64,000 nucleotides of DNA from the human T2T-CHM13v2.0 reference genome, Homo sapiens, in assembly GCF_009914755.1 (NCBI RefSeq), contig NC_060935.1, one strand, 5' to 3'. Shown in pieces: positions 27,126 through 44,676 of this stretch. The notes under the pieces are model-generated. The model was given only the letters and a program-made list of their open reading frames with translations. It was not told the DNA's origin and searched no databases. The stretch's first letter is position 1. Each line of letters starts with the position of its first letter. Position numbers and translations under genes: made by a program.

Positions 27126-29711
27126 TGTGTCTCAGACATGTTAGACTTTGCTATTCTTACATTCGATAATACATTCTGGCTTGCCAAATTGGGAATAACT
27201 ATTTTTGAGTTAACCCAAATATGAATATCTGATCAGTGTATTGAAAATGTAAAGCAATGCTATTCCAATTATAGCACTTAATTGTGGTTAGTTTTTCTCC
27301 ACATGCTTCTTTATTACAAGACTGAATTCTTTGAGAACAGGGACTGTCTGGTTTTCTTCTGTATTCAGAGTGCCTAACAGTATGTTTGGCACAGAGTGGG
27401 TAGTCAATAAAACTTGGCTGAAAGGTTGAATAATAAATTGACCAGGTAATTTATGAATGAACCAAAGAATGAATGAAAGATCTACACCATTTGTGTTCAC
27501 ACCCTGCCTCTTTCCTTATGTCTCCATGATTGTGTCTCTCAGAGGGGCTAATGATAAAAGAGGCCACTGTGAGAAGGGGCCAACTCTCAAGCCCAGTCAC
27601 TCCCTTCCTCATTGCATCTGCTTGTGTTCATGTAAGCAGAAAAAGAAAAGGCATGCATTATGTTTTTATGAGCCTTGCGATTTATTCTGTTTTGTTGTCA
27701 GACCTTTGGGAATGCATTCTATAAACTTTATTGAGACAAGATACCTAGAGACGTTTGCATGTGTCTGAGCTCAGCACGATATTACTTTTTAATGCACTTT
27801 TGACTTTGCAGGAAGAGGATACAGTAAAAAACGTAAAACAGCAGTCGCCGGGTTTTTTTTGTATTACCTGCATTTTGCCTTCCTGGTTTCAAAACAAGCA
27901 TCTCATTCAAATGAAATAAACGAATAAGCATTAGTTTGGCCCAGTTATAAATGGGATATTTCTGTCATTGGGTTAGAAACAGAGCTTTACTCCATGACAA
28001 CAGGTACAGGGCATAGGGTGGATAGCATTCTTGTCAGTTGGGATCAGTGCCAGCTCTCCATTCTCTGTATGTTAGAAAAACAACCATATAGTGTCTGGCA
28101 ACAAGGAAGATGATTGCAAATCCAGACTCACAGAGTCTCACATAAAGAGGGAATTTAACTTCCACCTTGGGGAGAAAAAGTCTCAGGGAGGTTTGGGGAT
28201 GTACCATGGTCACATATTCAGTGCCTTGTCCTTATCATACAGTGGGAAAGAGGTGAAGGTACTCAGGGCTGAAACTGAAGTATGAAATCCTTATCATGAG
28301 GTCAGGGCTAGAGCATGAAACTGGACAACAAGGAGGCTAGATGTTGCCAAGTACAATGGAAAAGTACTGAAATGATGACAAATTCCAGCAATACTGGTAT
28401 AAGAACTAAAGCCTGCTTGTTAATCTGAGGTCAAGCAAGACAGGTGTTGATAAGGAGGCAAGACGTGGAGAAGAAATGCTGGGAAGAAAGTGGGTGAGGA
28501 GCAGTTCTGAGACAAAGGGTCTGCTCTGCTCAGCCCTATCCCCTTGGTAAAGGTGGCTGTTGCAGAGAAGAGAAGGCAGCTAACAAATTCAGGCACGGAG
28601 CTCCAACATTCATCTGCCATCTGCAGCGCTTGGCCTTTCCTCTTAGACCAGACCACCCAACCACAATGTTAGAAGTTTATATACATATACTCATATCTTT
28701 TTTTTTTTTCCTGGAATTTACCCATAGGTGAGCAGCTACTTGCAGGTTAATTGAACAAATCTTTTCAAGAAAACTGACCCTTGGAAACAACACTTCAGGA
28801 AAGTTGCAGCAGAATTTTTCACTGTAAAATTTCTAATCACAGACAAATCCTAGGTCTCAAAGAATCAAATGATCGATGTTTAGGGCTCAGGTGGTTTTGT
28901 GGTAAAATAAAAGGAATTGAGACATTAAAATTTGGACCTTTCAGGAATTTCAAGTAAAAGGGAAAAAATCCTTCAATATTAATTTTTAATCCCTACATAT
29001 AATAAACTTTGAAGGTTACAGCGTGCTTTCTCATCCTTCACAATAATCTTTGATAAGAACAGGGAGGTTAATTGATTTGCCTGTGATTATAAAGCTAGGA
29101 AGTGGCAAAGCTAGGATTTAAACCCATGTCCTTTAGATAATGTGGTGGCATTTCCTTCCCACTGCATGCCCCCTAAAAACATTTGTGCTTATATTAGTGG
29201 GGATATGGGAAAATTTTAGTGTTCATAAAATAAGTGGGCGTGGCTTTCCCTTACTTTAGAAGCCGATTTTATACCTCAGGTAGAAAGTCATTTGTTCCAC
29301 AAACGTAGTTGTGTCTACATGTGTTTCGTGCACATTATCTATTAGCCCAGATTGCTGAGGGAGAAGGTGGGGTGGGAGGCAGGGGAAGAAATTACGGTAA
29401 TGAATATAACCCTGGTTTTAGAATTACACCTCCTGGTTTAGTATTTGGGCTCCACTGATTATTGACTGTATGTTTTCATAGAGTCGACATCAGGAAGCCT
29501 TCCCTGACCTTTCCTATCCCTCCTCTGCCCTTGCCATGGCTGGGCTAGAGGCCCTCCTTCTGCTTGTAAAGCATCCTCTGTTACCTCTGTCATATGATTT
29601 ATCATTCTGTAAAAAAGTTTGTTGAGGACAGGGGCTGGAAAGGCTTACTGTCTCACCAAGGCCTAGCCCTGTGCTTGATATATGGTGTGTTCTTGATAAA
29701 TATTGGTCTAT

Positions 29712-30190
29712 ATACTAGATACCTTCCATTTGCCTCTTCATGTCTGCCATCCATCCTTTCCCACTCTGCTTTCTGCCCTAAGGAGAAGGCCCCTCAGGGC
29801 TATATTATTAGGGCTCCTATGCCCTCTGGTTCCACTGAGCTCAGCCAAAGGGGAGCCTGAAGAAGGGAACAGTGGAAGAAAAAAGAGTAAGGTCAGAATA
29901 TTTCCCCAGAAAAAACCACCAGGGCTGGCCATGTCCCTTGATCAAGTGTTACTGTTCCTTCCAAGATGGGCTCTACATGCCTTTCTCTCATTCCAGGCTC
30001 TAGTAACCTCCCATCCATTCCCTCAAGCTTTCAGAACTAGGGTGATAACAGCTCTCTTCTGCTAACCCTCAGGTTTGTAAGACTGTCTTTGATAGTTCCC
30101 CTATATTCTGTCTATTCTTTCATAATGAGTCCCCTTAAAAAAACTTTTAATTAAAATACTCACTAATTTACTGATTGATATATTTGACTG
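29712..30190 (+). mobile_element. LTR33-family (ERVL) solo LTR
   Basis: ctctgctttctgccctaaggag..gggctcctatgccctctggtt..cagccaaagggga..ctagggtgataacagct. Confidence 0.7.
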
Positions 30191-30384
30191 AATAAATGTT
30201 TGCTCTTAATCTATCCTTCGCTATGGTTTCCTCATCTGTAAAATGGGGATAAAATGTCTTAAAAACATAGCTATTGGGTGATTAAACCAAATAATATATA
30301 TACCATGCTTGGCTCAGTGTCCCACATAAAATCAACACCTAATGTGTTCAATTATAATAGTGGTAATGATAGTAATAATAACTG

Positions 30385-30646
<262 letters not shown>

Positions 30647-30809
30647 TCAACCAGCCTAATTATAAAGATACATGGTGAGATGAGAGCTGATAGGCTTAAT
30701 GAGACCTTAAAATGGGTCATGAACTTATTTATTTATGTACCAAACACTTACAGAGCATGTTCCCAATGTTAGCTGCTAAGAATACAGGGGCAAACAAGAC
30801 AGACCTGCC

Positions 30810-31510
30810 CACTGTTTTTACCATTGCATTAGCAGAAGCTGCTATCATCTCACCTGAATCATTGCACCCTCCTAACTTGCTTCCCTGCCTCCACTTTGCC
30901 AGTCCCCAGACCCCATCTGTCTTCAATACAGTGGTCTTTCAAAAACATAGATCACGTCCATCTTTATTTAAAATATGATGATGGCTCCTGAAAGGTACTG
31001 GGATTAAATCCACTCTCCTAGAGCCTGACGTGGGCTGGCCCTTGCCTAGCTCCTGTCTAATCTTGAGACACTCTTCAATTAGCTTGCTGAACTCCAGCCA
31101 GTTCATTAAGAATTGGTCTTGCTCAGTTCTTAAAACCACCCAGTTCTCACCTCATCTATTGTCCCTATGTTTGAGCACTTACTTTCACGAATCCATCTAT
31201 GTCTCTGGCCCTTCCACTTCATCAGGATCCCTGCCTTATAGTACTTATTCCTTTTTGTAATTTTTTTTTTATTTTAAGTTCTGGGGTACATGTGCAGAAC
31301 ATGCAGGTTTGTTACATAAGTATACATGTGCCATGGTGGTTTGTTGCACCTATCAACCCGTCATTTAGGTTTTAAGCCCCGCACGCATTACATTTGTCAA
31401 TTAATACATTTCCCCAACTAGAGAGTAAGACTAAGGATGGCAGGGATGTGGACTTTTTGCTTAGTGTCATGTCCTCTATCACCATATGGTAAGTGCTCAG
31501 TGACCAAGAC
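30810..31510 (+). mobile_element. L2 fragment interrupted by a short L1PA
   Basis: atctcacctgaatcattgcaccctcctaact..; cccaactagagagtaagact..ggcaggga..taagtgctcagt. Confidence 0.55.
31261..31390 (-). mobile_element. Very short L1PA (about PA8) 3' end
   Basis: ttttaagttctggggtacatgtgcagaacatgcaggtttgttacat..ttttaagccccgcacgcatta. Confidence 0.92.
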
Positions 31511-31639
31511 ATGGTCCTTACCTCAGCAAAGCTCATCATTTTGTTCTTGTGGCTCCTATTAGCAATGGAAAGATATAAGACCTTTATTCTATTTATAGCC
31601 TCTAAGTAGGAAGACCTCATAAAATATAAAGGAGCTAAG

Positions 31640-31900
31640 AGACAATTGTGGGGATAGTGGAGAAATTTGACACTTAGAATTAGATCACATAGATTAAACT
31701 CCACTGCTCTTTTAAGACCAAATCAGCATACACAAGTAACTTAACTTTTTCAGAACCTCAGATTTTGTCATTAAAATGAGAATAATAATTACCACTTCAC
31801 AAGATTTCTGGAGGACTGAGTGACATAAAATATTAAATGCACCTAGTGCAGTGCCTGGCACAGAGTAAAAGTTCAATAACTTTTATATTTTTACTTGTTT
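31640..31900 (+). mobile_element. MIR
   Basis: caagtaacttaac..aacctcagattt..taaaatgagaataataatt..gcagtgcctggcacagagtaa. Confidence 0.75.
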
Positions 31901-33017
31901 TGATCACTAGTACTATCATCTTTACCACAATATTCACCTTATTCCATGAAATGAAAGACCTGTAGAAATGTATATAAAAATAAGTGAATGAGATTGTTAC
32001 ATATGAGGCAACCACCCACTATCTATCTTAATGAAATGTCAAAAACAGAACTTAAGAAGTTTATATATAGTACAGTTAGAAGCCAGCTTTTCAGAAATTT
32101 CTCAGCCCTTCAGCATGAATCTAAGGAATAAGTTTAGAATTAGGTGTAGAGTTGTTAACTAAAATAATGGGAATGGATATAATGGGAGTGCTGGAGTCTC
32201 AGAGCTGGAAGGAGGCTAGAAAGAGACAGGAGTTTTAGGCCTTTGAAGTGGAGGGGCTCTCCATGATCCCAAAACCCACAGGATGGTCTAGAACAGACAG
32301 TCAAAGAAAGTCCTGAAGCTAAGAGGAAAAATGTGTGTGTGTGTGTTTGTGTGTGTATAAAGTTTTATATATGCATGTGTATATACACGTACATAGATAT
32401 GTTTATATATAATATTTTATACATTACACAAATACATTTATATACATGTTAAGTTGTAAAAACCAGTATTGCCATAAATGAAGGCCGTCATTGGCAAGAC
32501 TTTAGTGTGGAGGTGGTTCTTTGGACTTGACAAAGATACTCAGGTGAAAAAGCAGCAGCATTGAGACCACTTGGCAGAAGCCAGGAAACTTTCAGTGGCC
32601 TCGGACCCATTCATCCAAATACAACGGTAATTATGTAATGTTTACAGAATGGCAAATTATTTTATTACACTGGAGGATAGAAAAGGGGCTCAGCGTATGG
32701 CTTCTCCCATTGGATTGCTGCTCTAACATTCCTTTTTGTGATAACCTATCCACATATGAATCAAACCAAGTCCTAGATTATTGAAAATCATTTAAACACC
32801 CAAGTAGATATCAACAATACCAGAAACCACCCCCTCCCGGCATCCTCTTTTTATGCTTTCATTCTGTCATCATGCAATCACCATTTTGGGATTGTTGTTT
32901 ATATTGCTCCCCAGGACAAAGTGTGGTGATGGGTAAAGAGCAGGGCCTTCAGGTCTGCCAGAGGTGGACAGGAGGCCCAGGTTGGCTTCTAACTAAAAAG
33001 ACACCTCCCTTGTCCCA

Positions 33018-33116
33018 TTTATATATATATAAAATTATATATGTGATTATATGACATATAAAATTATATTATATATATAATTATATATATTATATATACA
33101 CACACATATATATATA
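33018..33116. repeat. (TA)-rich low-complexity tract, probably a degenerate L1 tail
   Basis: Seen directly; abuts an L1 3' end on the minus strand. Confidence 0.8.
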
Positions 33117-33238
33117 ACTTTAAGTTTTGGGGATACATGTGCAGAATGTGCAGGTTTGTTACATGGGTATACATGTGCAGTAATGGACTGGATAAAGAAA
33201 ATGTGGCTCATATACACCATGTCATACTATGTAGCTAT
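33117..33238 (-). mobile_element. Miniature 5'-inverted L1PA
   Basis: 33117-33179 is the L1 terminal ~60 bp (-); 33180-33238 is L1 gactggataaagaaaatgtgg..atatacaccat (+). Confidence 0.85.
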
Positions 33239-34569
33239 TAATTAATATTTATGGTACTTTTTATTTAGTTTTACACATTATCTAAAATCTGTAGTGGACT
33301 GACACAGAAAAAACAGTGCCTATTTCCTGACCTTAATTTCTCAGAGCCTCAGTTTTCTCATCTGCAAAGTGGAGATAATGGTACGCACTCCAGTGGAATA
33401 TATATTAATATTATGCCTTATCATACAAAGAATTCATGAAATAGAGGTACTTTGGGGAGGATTAAATGAGACAAAAAAAGTAAACTGCTTATCAAAGTGT
33501 TTGGAACAAGATACACAATCATTTTCTATTAATCCTCTTCCTCTGCTTACGTATTTTCCTCTTGTAGTAGTAAATAGAAAAATTAGCTTAACTTCCTCCC
33601 TCCATCTCTTCTCACTTCCCTGCCTCTTTCTACTTTTTACTGAAACAAATTAATAAGCTTTTACTGAAACTACAATGGACAAAGCATGGTGCTAGACACC
33701 AAGGACGTAAACATAAAGAAGGAAAGATCTCTAACTTAAAGAAACTCATCCTAGTGGGGAAGAACACAAATAGGCAGTTATGTTTTGAGATGTATTATAT
33801 TGGGGATATTACAAAGTGCTACGCAACCACAAACGAAGGCTTGCTCGGGAGTGGACTCACGAGTTGGCTCTTACACGTTGAGCCTGATGTCAGTTCTGTT
33901 CCTAGAGAGTGTTTGTTATCTGTGACCACTTCTTTTCAGTCTCGGGGGATCTCTATTTGTGTGTTAGAGGAAGGACCTTTCTAAGGTTGGTTGGATTCTA
34001 GACACAAACCATCTTCCTAATAAATGACAAAATCCACTTAAGGAATAAATGTTTGGGGATTTGTCCTCAGTTTGGCAAAAGGAAGACTTGAGTGGCCTTC
34101 CAAGGAAATTGGACTACTTGGCCCTTTGATTCTGTCTTATGCCCCCACCAGCCTCCCTGATGCTATGAGAATCAGAGATTGCTAGGAAACAATTCTTCCT
34201 TCTCCTCATTCTTCTCTTTTGTTAAGCTCAGTGCTTTCTTTGCAAGCAGAGAGGAAGTTAGCTCTGACGATACTGCAATCTGCGATATTTGGGAAAAAGA
34301 TCACATCGCTGTTATTTATTGGAACCGCTCTTGCCTCCCACGCAAGTCCTTGTGATATAATCTGGATAATGAAAGTTTTACTGCTTGCATTTACACATCT
34401 ATTCAAAAGAGTTCTTGCCAGCCACTGGCCCTTTTGAAAAGAAGGCTTATAATAGATTCTAACATCTTTATTGACACAGGTATTGAGTGGCTTCTAGAAA
34501 TGTATATTCAATAAGTCTATATTTTGGCTTCACTATTTTTCACTTTTTGCAAGCAAAAGTCTTAATAAC

Positions 34570-35073
34570 AGATGTAGTTGATATCATTTACATGGACATT
34601 ATCTATATAGATATCTGTGTCCATATCTGCTTCAATTACATACCTCTCTTTGGATAACAGCATCCTACTTCTTGGGAAAATGTTCCTTCTGTCTACTAAA
34701 ATCATGTGGTCCTAGTGGAAATAGTGAATCTCAGAATGCTACCTCCTTGATACACTTGTGAACGATTGATCTAGGATGGGCCAATCACAAACCTTCCCCA
34801 AGAATTTTCATGCTGGAAATAAGAAAAAAGCCTCTGTCTTCATGGTGATTTAACGTGGCGGGATGTTGCTGTCCCTCAAGCTGCTGAGGAAAGTAGAGAT
34901 GGAGGATAAAGAGAGGAACTTGGTGCAGTTCCAGAGCCAGGTCCCTGTCATATCGGAGTTATTCCTACATTCCTACTCTTCTTCCATTTGGTGATGAGCC
35001 AGTAAATTCTCCCTTCTAAATATCCTAGCTTCAGTCGAATGTTGCAGCTTGTAACAAAATTCATACTGAAATA
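34570..35073 (+). mobile_element. Old MLT1 (J/K/L-like) LTR
   Basis: gattgatctaggatgggccaatca..; tgagccagtaaattctccctt..cagcttgtaac..actgaaata. Confidence 0.55.
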
Positions 35074-35253
35074 TTTCCCACTCTCATTGCTACCTTTTTT
35101 GTTGTTTTTACTCAGGAAGCAGTTGGTGGGGTGAGGTGGCACTGTTGCAAGTTCAAAGTGAAAGGTTAAAGATAACCGTAAAGTCCTAGGGCAAATTAGA
35201 GTCCTGAAGTGAAAAGAAGTGTAAATAAAAGGAAAGGAAGATGGTTTTAAGGC

Positions 35254-35686
35254 TGTATTAGTTTACTAGGGCTACCCTAACAAAATATCACAAATTGGGT
35301 GGCTCTAAGCAACGGAAATTTGTTCTCTCACCATACTGGAAGCCAGAAATATGAAATCAAGGTGCCAGCAGGGTCATAATCCTTCTGAAGTCTCTAGAGG
35401 AAAATCATTCATTGTCATTTCCAGCTTCTGGCGGCTCCTGGAGTTCCCTTGGTTATGGCAGTACAACTCCAGTCTCTGCCTTCATCTTCACACGGCCTCT
35501 TTCCTCTGTTTCTTTCTGCGCACTCTTTTCAGACCTTTATAAGGAAATTCTCACTGGATTTTCAACTTGTCCTAAACCAGTATGATTTTATCTTAATTTT
35601 CTTCCTAATTGCATCTGCAAATAAGGTCATGTTCTAAGTTTGTGAGCGAACATGAATTTTTGAGGGCAAGTATTCAATGCACTACA
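35254..35686 (-). mobile_element. MLT1B/C solo LTR inserted in a MIR
   Basis: tgtattagtttactagggct..aaatcaaggtgccagcaggg..tattcaatgcactaca; TSD aaggc/agggc. Confidence 0.88.
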
Positions 35687-38420
35687 AGGGCCAAACTGAA
35701 CTGAGTTTGAAATGTGGATCTTATAATCAATTGCTAACTTTGTAATTCTAGGTAAAATCATTTAAACTCTCTGAACCTCATTTTCTTTATTTACAAAATT
35801 GGTGTAATACTACCTATCTCTAAGAGAAGTGTATGAACTTCACTTTCCTTAGTGGGTGACACATAGCAGATGCTTAAAAATTATAGTTTTACAACCCCTT
35901 TACTTTATTAATGATTGACGTTGATTATATAAAAAGGGGTAATTGAATACACGCCAAACAGAAATGTAAACAATCTATTGTGTGAGTTTGAGGAGGATCA
36001 AGGAAGGCTTTGCGGAGGAGGTGTCATGTTTAGATGGACCTTAAAGAATTAATAATTTTATTAAGTGAAGAAGCTACAAATGTGCAACTTAAGTGCAGTT
36101 CAGGAGAGGTTCTAGTCTGATACGGTCAAAATAAAATATAGGCTTCTAGTGGTTCAGTTCCCTCCACATGACTCCTTTAGGGGTGGAAAAATACCATACA
36201 CTTCAGACAAATCACTAGTTTGCTAATTAGAGTTTTTATAAATGTCAGTTAAAAAAAGTAATTTCAAGGCTACTATCTATACAGAGAATCTGGAGAGTAA
36301 CTATCCAATATTGTGGAAAAGGGTGGATTTTTATATTTTGGAAAAGAGTGATAATCAGGTTGAAATTTTACAAGGAACATTGAGAAACCAAAAATTTGAC
36401 GAACACTACACCGTTTACAAAGCATGCTGTAATTTGCAAGTTATTTGTCTCTTTCCCCCATAGATGGCAAGTTTCTTGAAGATAAGGGCTCTGTCTGCCC
36501 GTTGGTGTCTGCAGTGCCTAGCACATAACAGGTATTCATAAAATATTTGGTGAACAAGTGAATGAAATTGTATCCTGTGTTGTATCCCACATGAAAAATC
36601 AGTGATATGTAATCCTGAGCCAAGTGCTATCAGTCATATTACTCTTTTTCTCCATAACTCTGCTAATGAGAGTCAAGATGTCTAAAACTTGGAAGTAAAT
36701 TAGGATTAAGTGTGGACAGTTGATCTTTCTGTTTTCACCTTTGCACCTTTCTCTCCCCAGTTGATTATATTCATATAAGAGTGATCCTTTTAAAATGTGA
36801 GACCTCATCACTCCTCTGCTTATAACCTCTAAAGGTATCTGTGGTAGATTAGAGAACACTCTAAATTCTTGCTATTCATCCTTTTAAAAGGTGGAGTCCC
36901 AATCTATTTATCCTCCCCTTGAATCTTCTCTGGCCTTAATAACTTGCTTGACCAAAAGATTTTGACAAAAATCTCTGCGGGACTTCTGAACTTAGATTTT
37001 ATTTCTTCTAAGAGGTATCACTACTGAAACTTTATGTATGTATTTGTTTAATGTCTGTTCCCTAAACTATATCATAAGCTACATGAAGATAGAAACTATG
37101 CCTGACTGCTCACGGCTGCATTCCCAGGGCCTAGAACAGTTTCTCCTGCATACTTGGCACTTAATAAATACCTGTTGAATGAATGAATTGAATGGCACTT
37201 ACAAAATTGGATTGTTAACACCATGCTGGTGAAAAGGTAGTATTTTCAAAATGTTCCCTTTCCCTGGCAGAAGATAGGCTGATCAGCTTAATTGTTATTT
37301 CCTCTGCTTGAATTTCTGTGATTTAACTTAATCTTCCATCCTTGCCCTTCAAACCTATGTGCTCTTGATTTAATCAGCAGGATCAAAACTATTGCACTTC
37401 CCTTTGCCCCTGAGCCACTAACAGAAAAATGATTGACAGTTAATCATGTCTGAAGAGGATCTCTTTCTCCCTTTTGCCTTTCTTTAAAGTAGGGTTGAAC
37501 TAGGTTATCCACTTGAATAAATCCTGTTAATACATATTTTTAACTTATTTCTCACAGTACATGTATATGGGTGTTTTAATTTTTCTCTTTTAAATAGAGC
37601 AGCAGTCCTCATAAGTTTATATGGAAAAAATGCAATAGAAGATAAAAGGAGGTAAACTGACATTGAATGTCTACTATATATGTTGGCCGTGTGCTTAACT
37701 TTTCAGTTTACAAAATATCTAGCCCTTATTTCTGGTCTTTCGGGATATGAATCATTTCTGAAATTTAAGCCTCTAGCACTCCTATGTCACACAGAATTGC
37801 AGACATCGGTCAATAGATATCATTGTCAATATTAAACAAAAATTTGCCAAAAGTTTAATATTTAGTAGCACAAATATATAATAATATGCTTTTTTCCTTC
37901 ATGTGTAAATCAGGTAGCCTGGGAGCTCCATATTTTCAACAAACCAACCATATCCCTAGAATAGAAACTCCATAAGGGCAGGAGATTTTCCTTTTGTGCA
38001 TAACGTTACCCCCTGTGCCAATGCTAGTGCCAACTCCATAGTGAATACTCAATAAATGTTGCTGCTGAATGAACACTATTAATTTATTGGAGGAACCACC
38101 TATCATCACTGGTCTAATACAATTTTTAAACAACTACATAGCATAATTCTTATTATCACAAAAGAAAAATTATACCCCAATATTTTGAGGTGTCTAACCT
38201 GGTGATTAAACTCTATGTAGCCTCACTTATCTAGACTTGATGTAAGTACTTCCATGTTCAATTCAAAGTACGTTTTTAATTTTCAACTCAGTATTAGCTA
38301 CTCAAGCAGGATTTCTCTTATCCCTGGGTTTCCTTCTCCCAATCTCTTAATGTACTGCCTTCTCATTTTTTTTTCCTGATGTTTACTCTCCCAGTCTCAG
38401 CTTATTTGTCTGTTAAGGCA

Positions 38421-40300
<1,880 letters not shown>

Positions 40301-41809
40301 GCTTTCTTATTCTTGGCTATGACAGTACCTTCTGTTCCCTTTGATTTGGTGCCATCCTCCTCCTGATGACACACATGCACACACTCCCACACAGATATAC
40401 CTGGATTCTCAGCTCTACATTCTCTCTCACTGCTAGCAGGACCTGAAACTCTTATGAGACTGTCTCTCCATTCATTTACTTAGAAATACTTATTAAGCAA
40501 CTGCTATTAGTTGAGCTCTGTAGTAGGGGCAGAGACAGGGATAGATCTTAGCCTTAATTCCTTAGACATTGAATTACCTGAGTAGCCTACTTTCTATGCC
40601 ATGTACCAGCATCCTGGATTTCCTGCCAGAAGGAATGATCAATGATTAACAATTATAACCTTCAAAGGGACTAAGATGTTTATAAAGTGCCTGTTTTTAA
40701 AGATATTTATTTAATAATCCTATATAAATAAATGGAGTGAATTATCAGTAGTAGGTCTAGACATATTCAAAGAATGCACTATTTTGTAAGGTCAAATAGT
40801 GTTAACATATAGATGAGTCATACATTACAATTACATTTTTTAGATTATTCAAAGAAAAAACATGGAAAACAATATGAATGTCTATAGTATTGTTAAGGGG
40901 ATGAATATTTTTTAATTTATAGCTCACACTTTGTTTGGATTTCTTCAAAAATCACCTTTAGCTCTTTTTAAGTTAATGTGTGAGGTGGAGGGAGATGTGT
41001 GAGTCAAAAGCATAAATCCTTTAATGACTCGACAAGTACTTATTTAGCACCTACCCAGCTGTTTGCTGCGTCAGGTGCTATGTAGACTAAAGAGATTAAA
41101 TAAGGTTGTCCTGGAGATGCTAATACACAAAGAGTAGTAAATTACACTACACGGGAAATAACATGGTATTGCATGCTGGGGACTATTTTGCAGCTAGAAC
41201 CTCAACGAAGTTGTTCTTCCCACAAAGAGGAGTGTGCCATGCTCACTCCCATAGAAAAGCATGGAAACTCAATCAGGAGAACTTGGTAGAAATGACAACA
41301 GGGCACAGAACATTCATATCAGGACAGAGAGTAGGGTCAGGGAAGATTTTAATGCTAGGCAAACAAAGAGATAGAAAGCCCTTTGGTAGTTTTGAGTAAT
41401 TACTATCAGGCATTTAAAGGATCTTGTAGGCACAGACATTTATCGATATTAATTAATAAAGACTTGCAATTGAAGTAAACCTGAGTGCTTACATCAACAG
41501 ACAGAAAGAACAAACCACCAAAGTGACATCATGGCATAGATGTGCCTGCCATGCTAATCTTTTGGCCTCTAATCTTTTGGTCCTATAATTTTTCTAAATT
41601 GTCCAATACCTTTCTCATGTCCTTTTCCTCCCTAGCCAGCTCTTATTCCTTCACGTGTTAATGTAGATCAGTGGTTCTCTACTTTTTGTTGTGAACCTTT
41701 GGCGTTTGGATCACCCATTAAGTTGTCTTCCACATCTGCTTAAGTCACCTGCTTAGAGAAGAGGCTGAAATAGTCACCTGGGTATTTACTCCATTTGACT
41801 TTGTGAGAA

Positions 41810-42560
41810 TGAGTCTAGGCCTTCTTTACCTCGTTCTCTAAATAATCTCATTTGGTTCCATGATTTTAAGTACCATCTACAGGTTTAGGAATCACACATG
41901 CATATATAACTGAATCCCAGATCTCTTTCTCTTCCAGGCTTTTATGTTCAAGGCCTACAGACCATCTTCATTTAAATATCTGATAGTCCCTAAAATCCCA
42001 AAGGTTAAAACAGAGCTTTTCACTTCCTCATACAAAATGATTGTTCCTCCAGTCTTGTCTGATAAACAAGATTATAATTTACTAGGTTGTTCAGGCCAAA
42101 AACTAAGGGATAATTCTTAGTTTCTCTCTTTCTTTCCTCCCCATCTCCAACTCAGTCCATCATGAGGTCCTGTTGTTGTCTCTGAAATAGACCCCAAGCC
42201 CCTCCAATCCTCTTTGTCTTCCTTTTAGCCACTTTTCTAGTCCATGCTCTCCTCCTCTCTTGCTGCATTACTTTAAGAACTTCCTAACTTGTTTTCCTGT
42301 TTTCACTCTTGCTCATCTTCCATGTGCTATGTACAAAGTACCTGATTTATTTTATTTATCTTCTTACAAAGTAGCTAGTGTTTTGAAACCATAATTTATA
42401 TCGAATCACTGTGCCACATAAAACCCAACCCTTCAAGATGACCTTTAGAATAAATTCCAACTTAATAGTGTGATTTACACACCAACATAATCTATACTCT
42501 GCCTATTGCCTACTATGACCCGGTCTTCAACTCGCTCACTGAGGACCCCAATTCATGGAC
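41810..42560 (+). mobile_element. L2 fragment
   Basis: ccatgattttaagtaccatcta..; caggccaaaaactaagggataattcttag.. Confidence 0.6.
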
Positions 42561-42747
42561 CTCTTTTCTGTGTATTCCTTCAGCATATGATTGAGTAACA
42601 TTTCTGTGACAGACACTCTTCTCCAGCAGTGAACAAAAATGTCCCTGCCTAAAGGCACTTACACTTCAGTGAGGAAAATGGATAATAAACAAATAAATAC
42701 ATAATGCCAGATGGGATAACTGTTGTGAATAAAGTCAAAGAAGAGAA

Positions 42748-44676
<1,929 letters not shown>

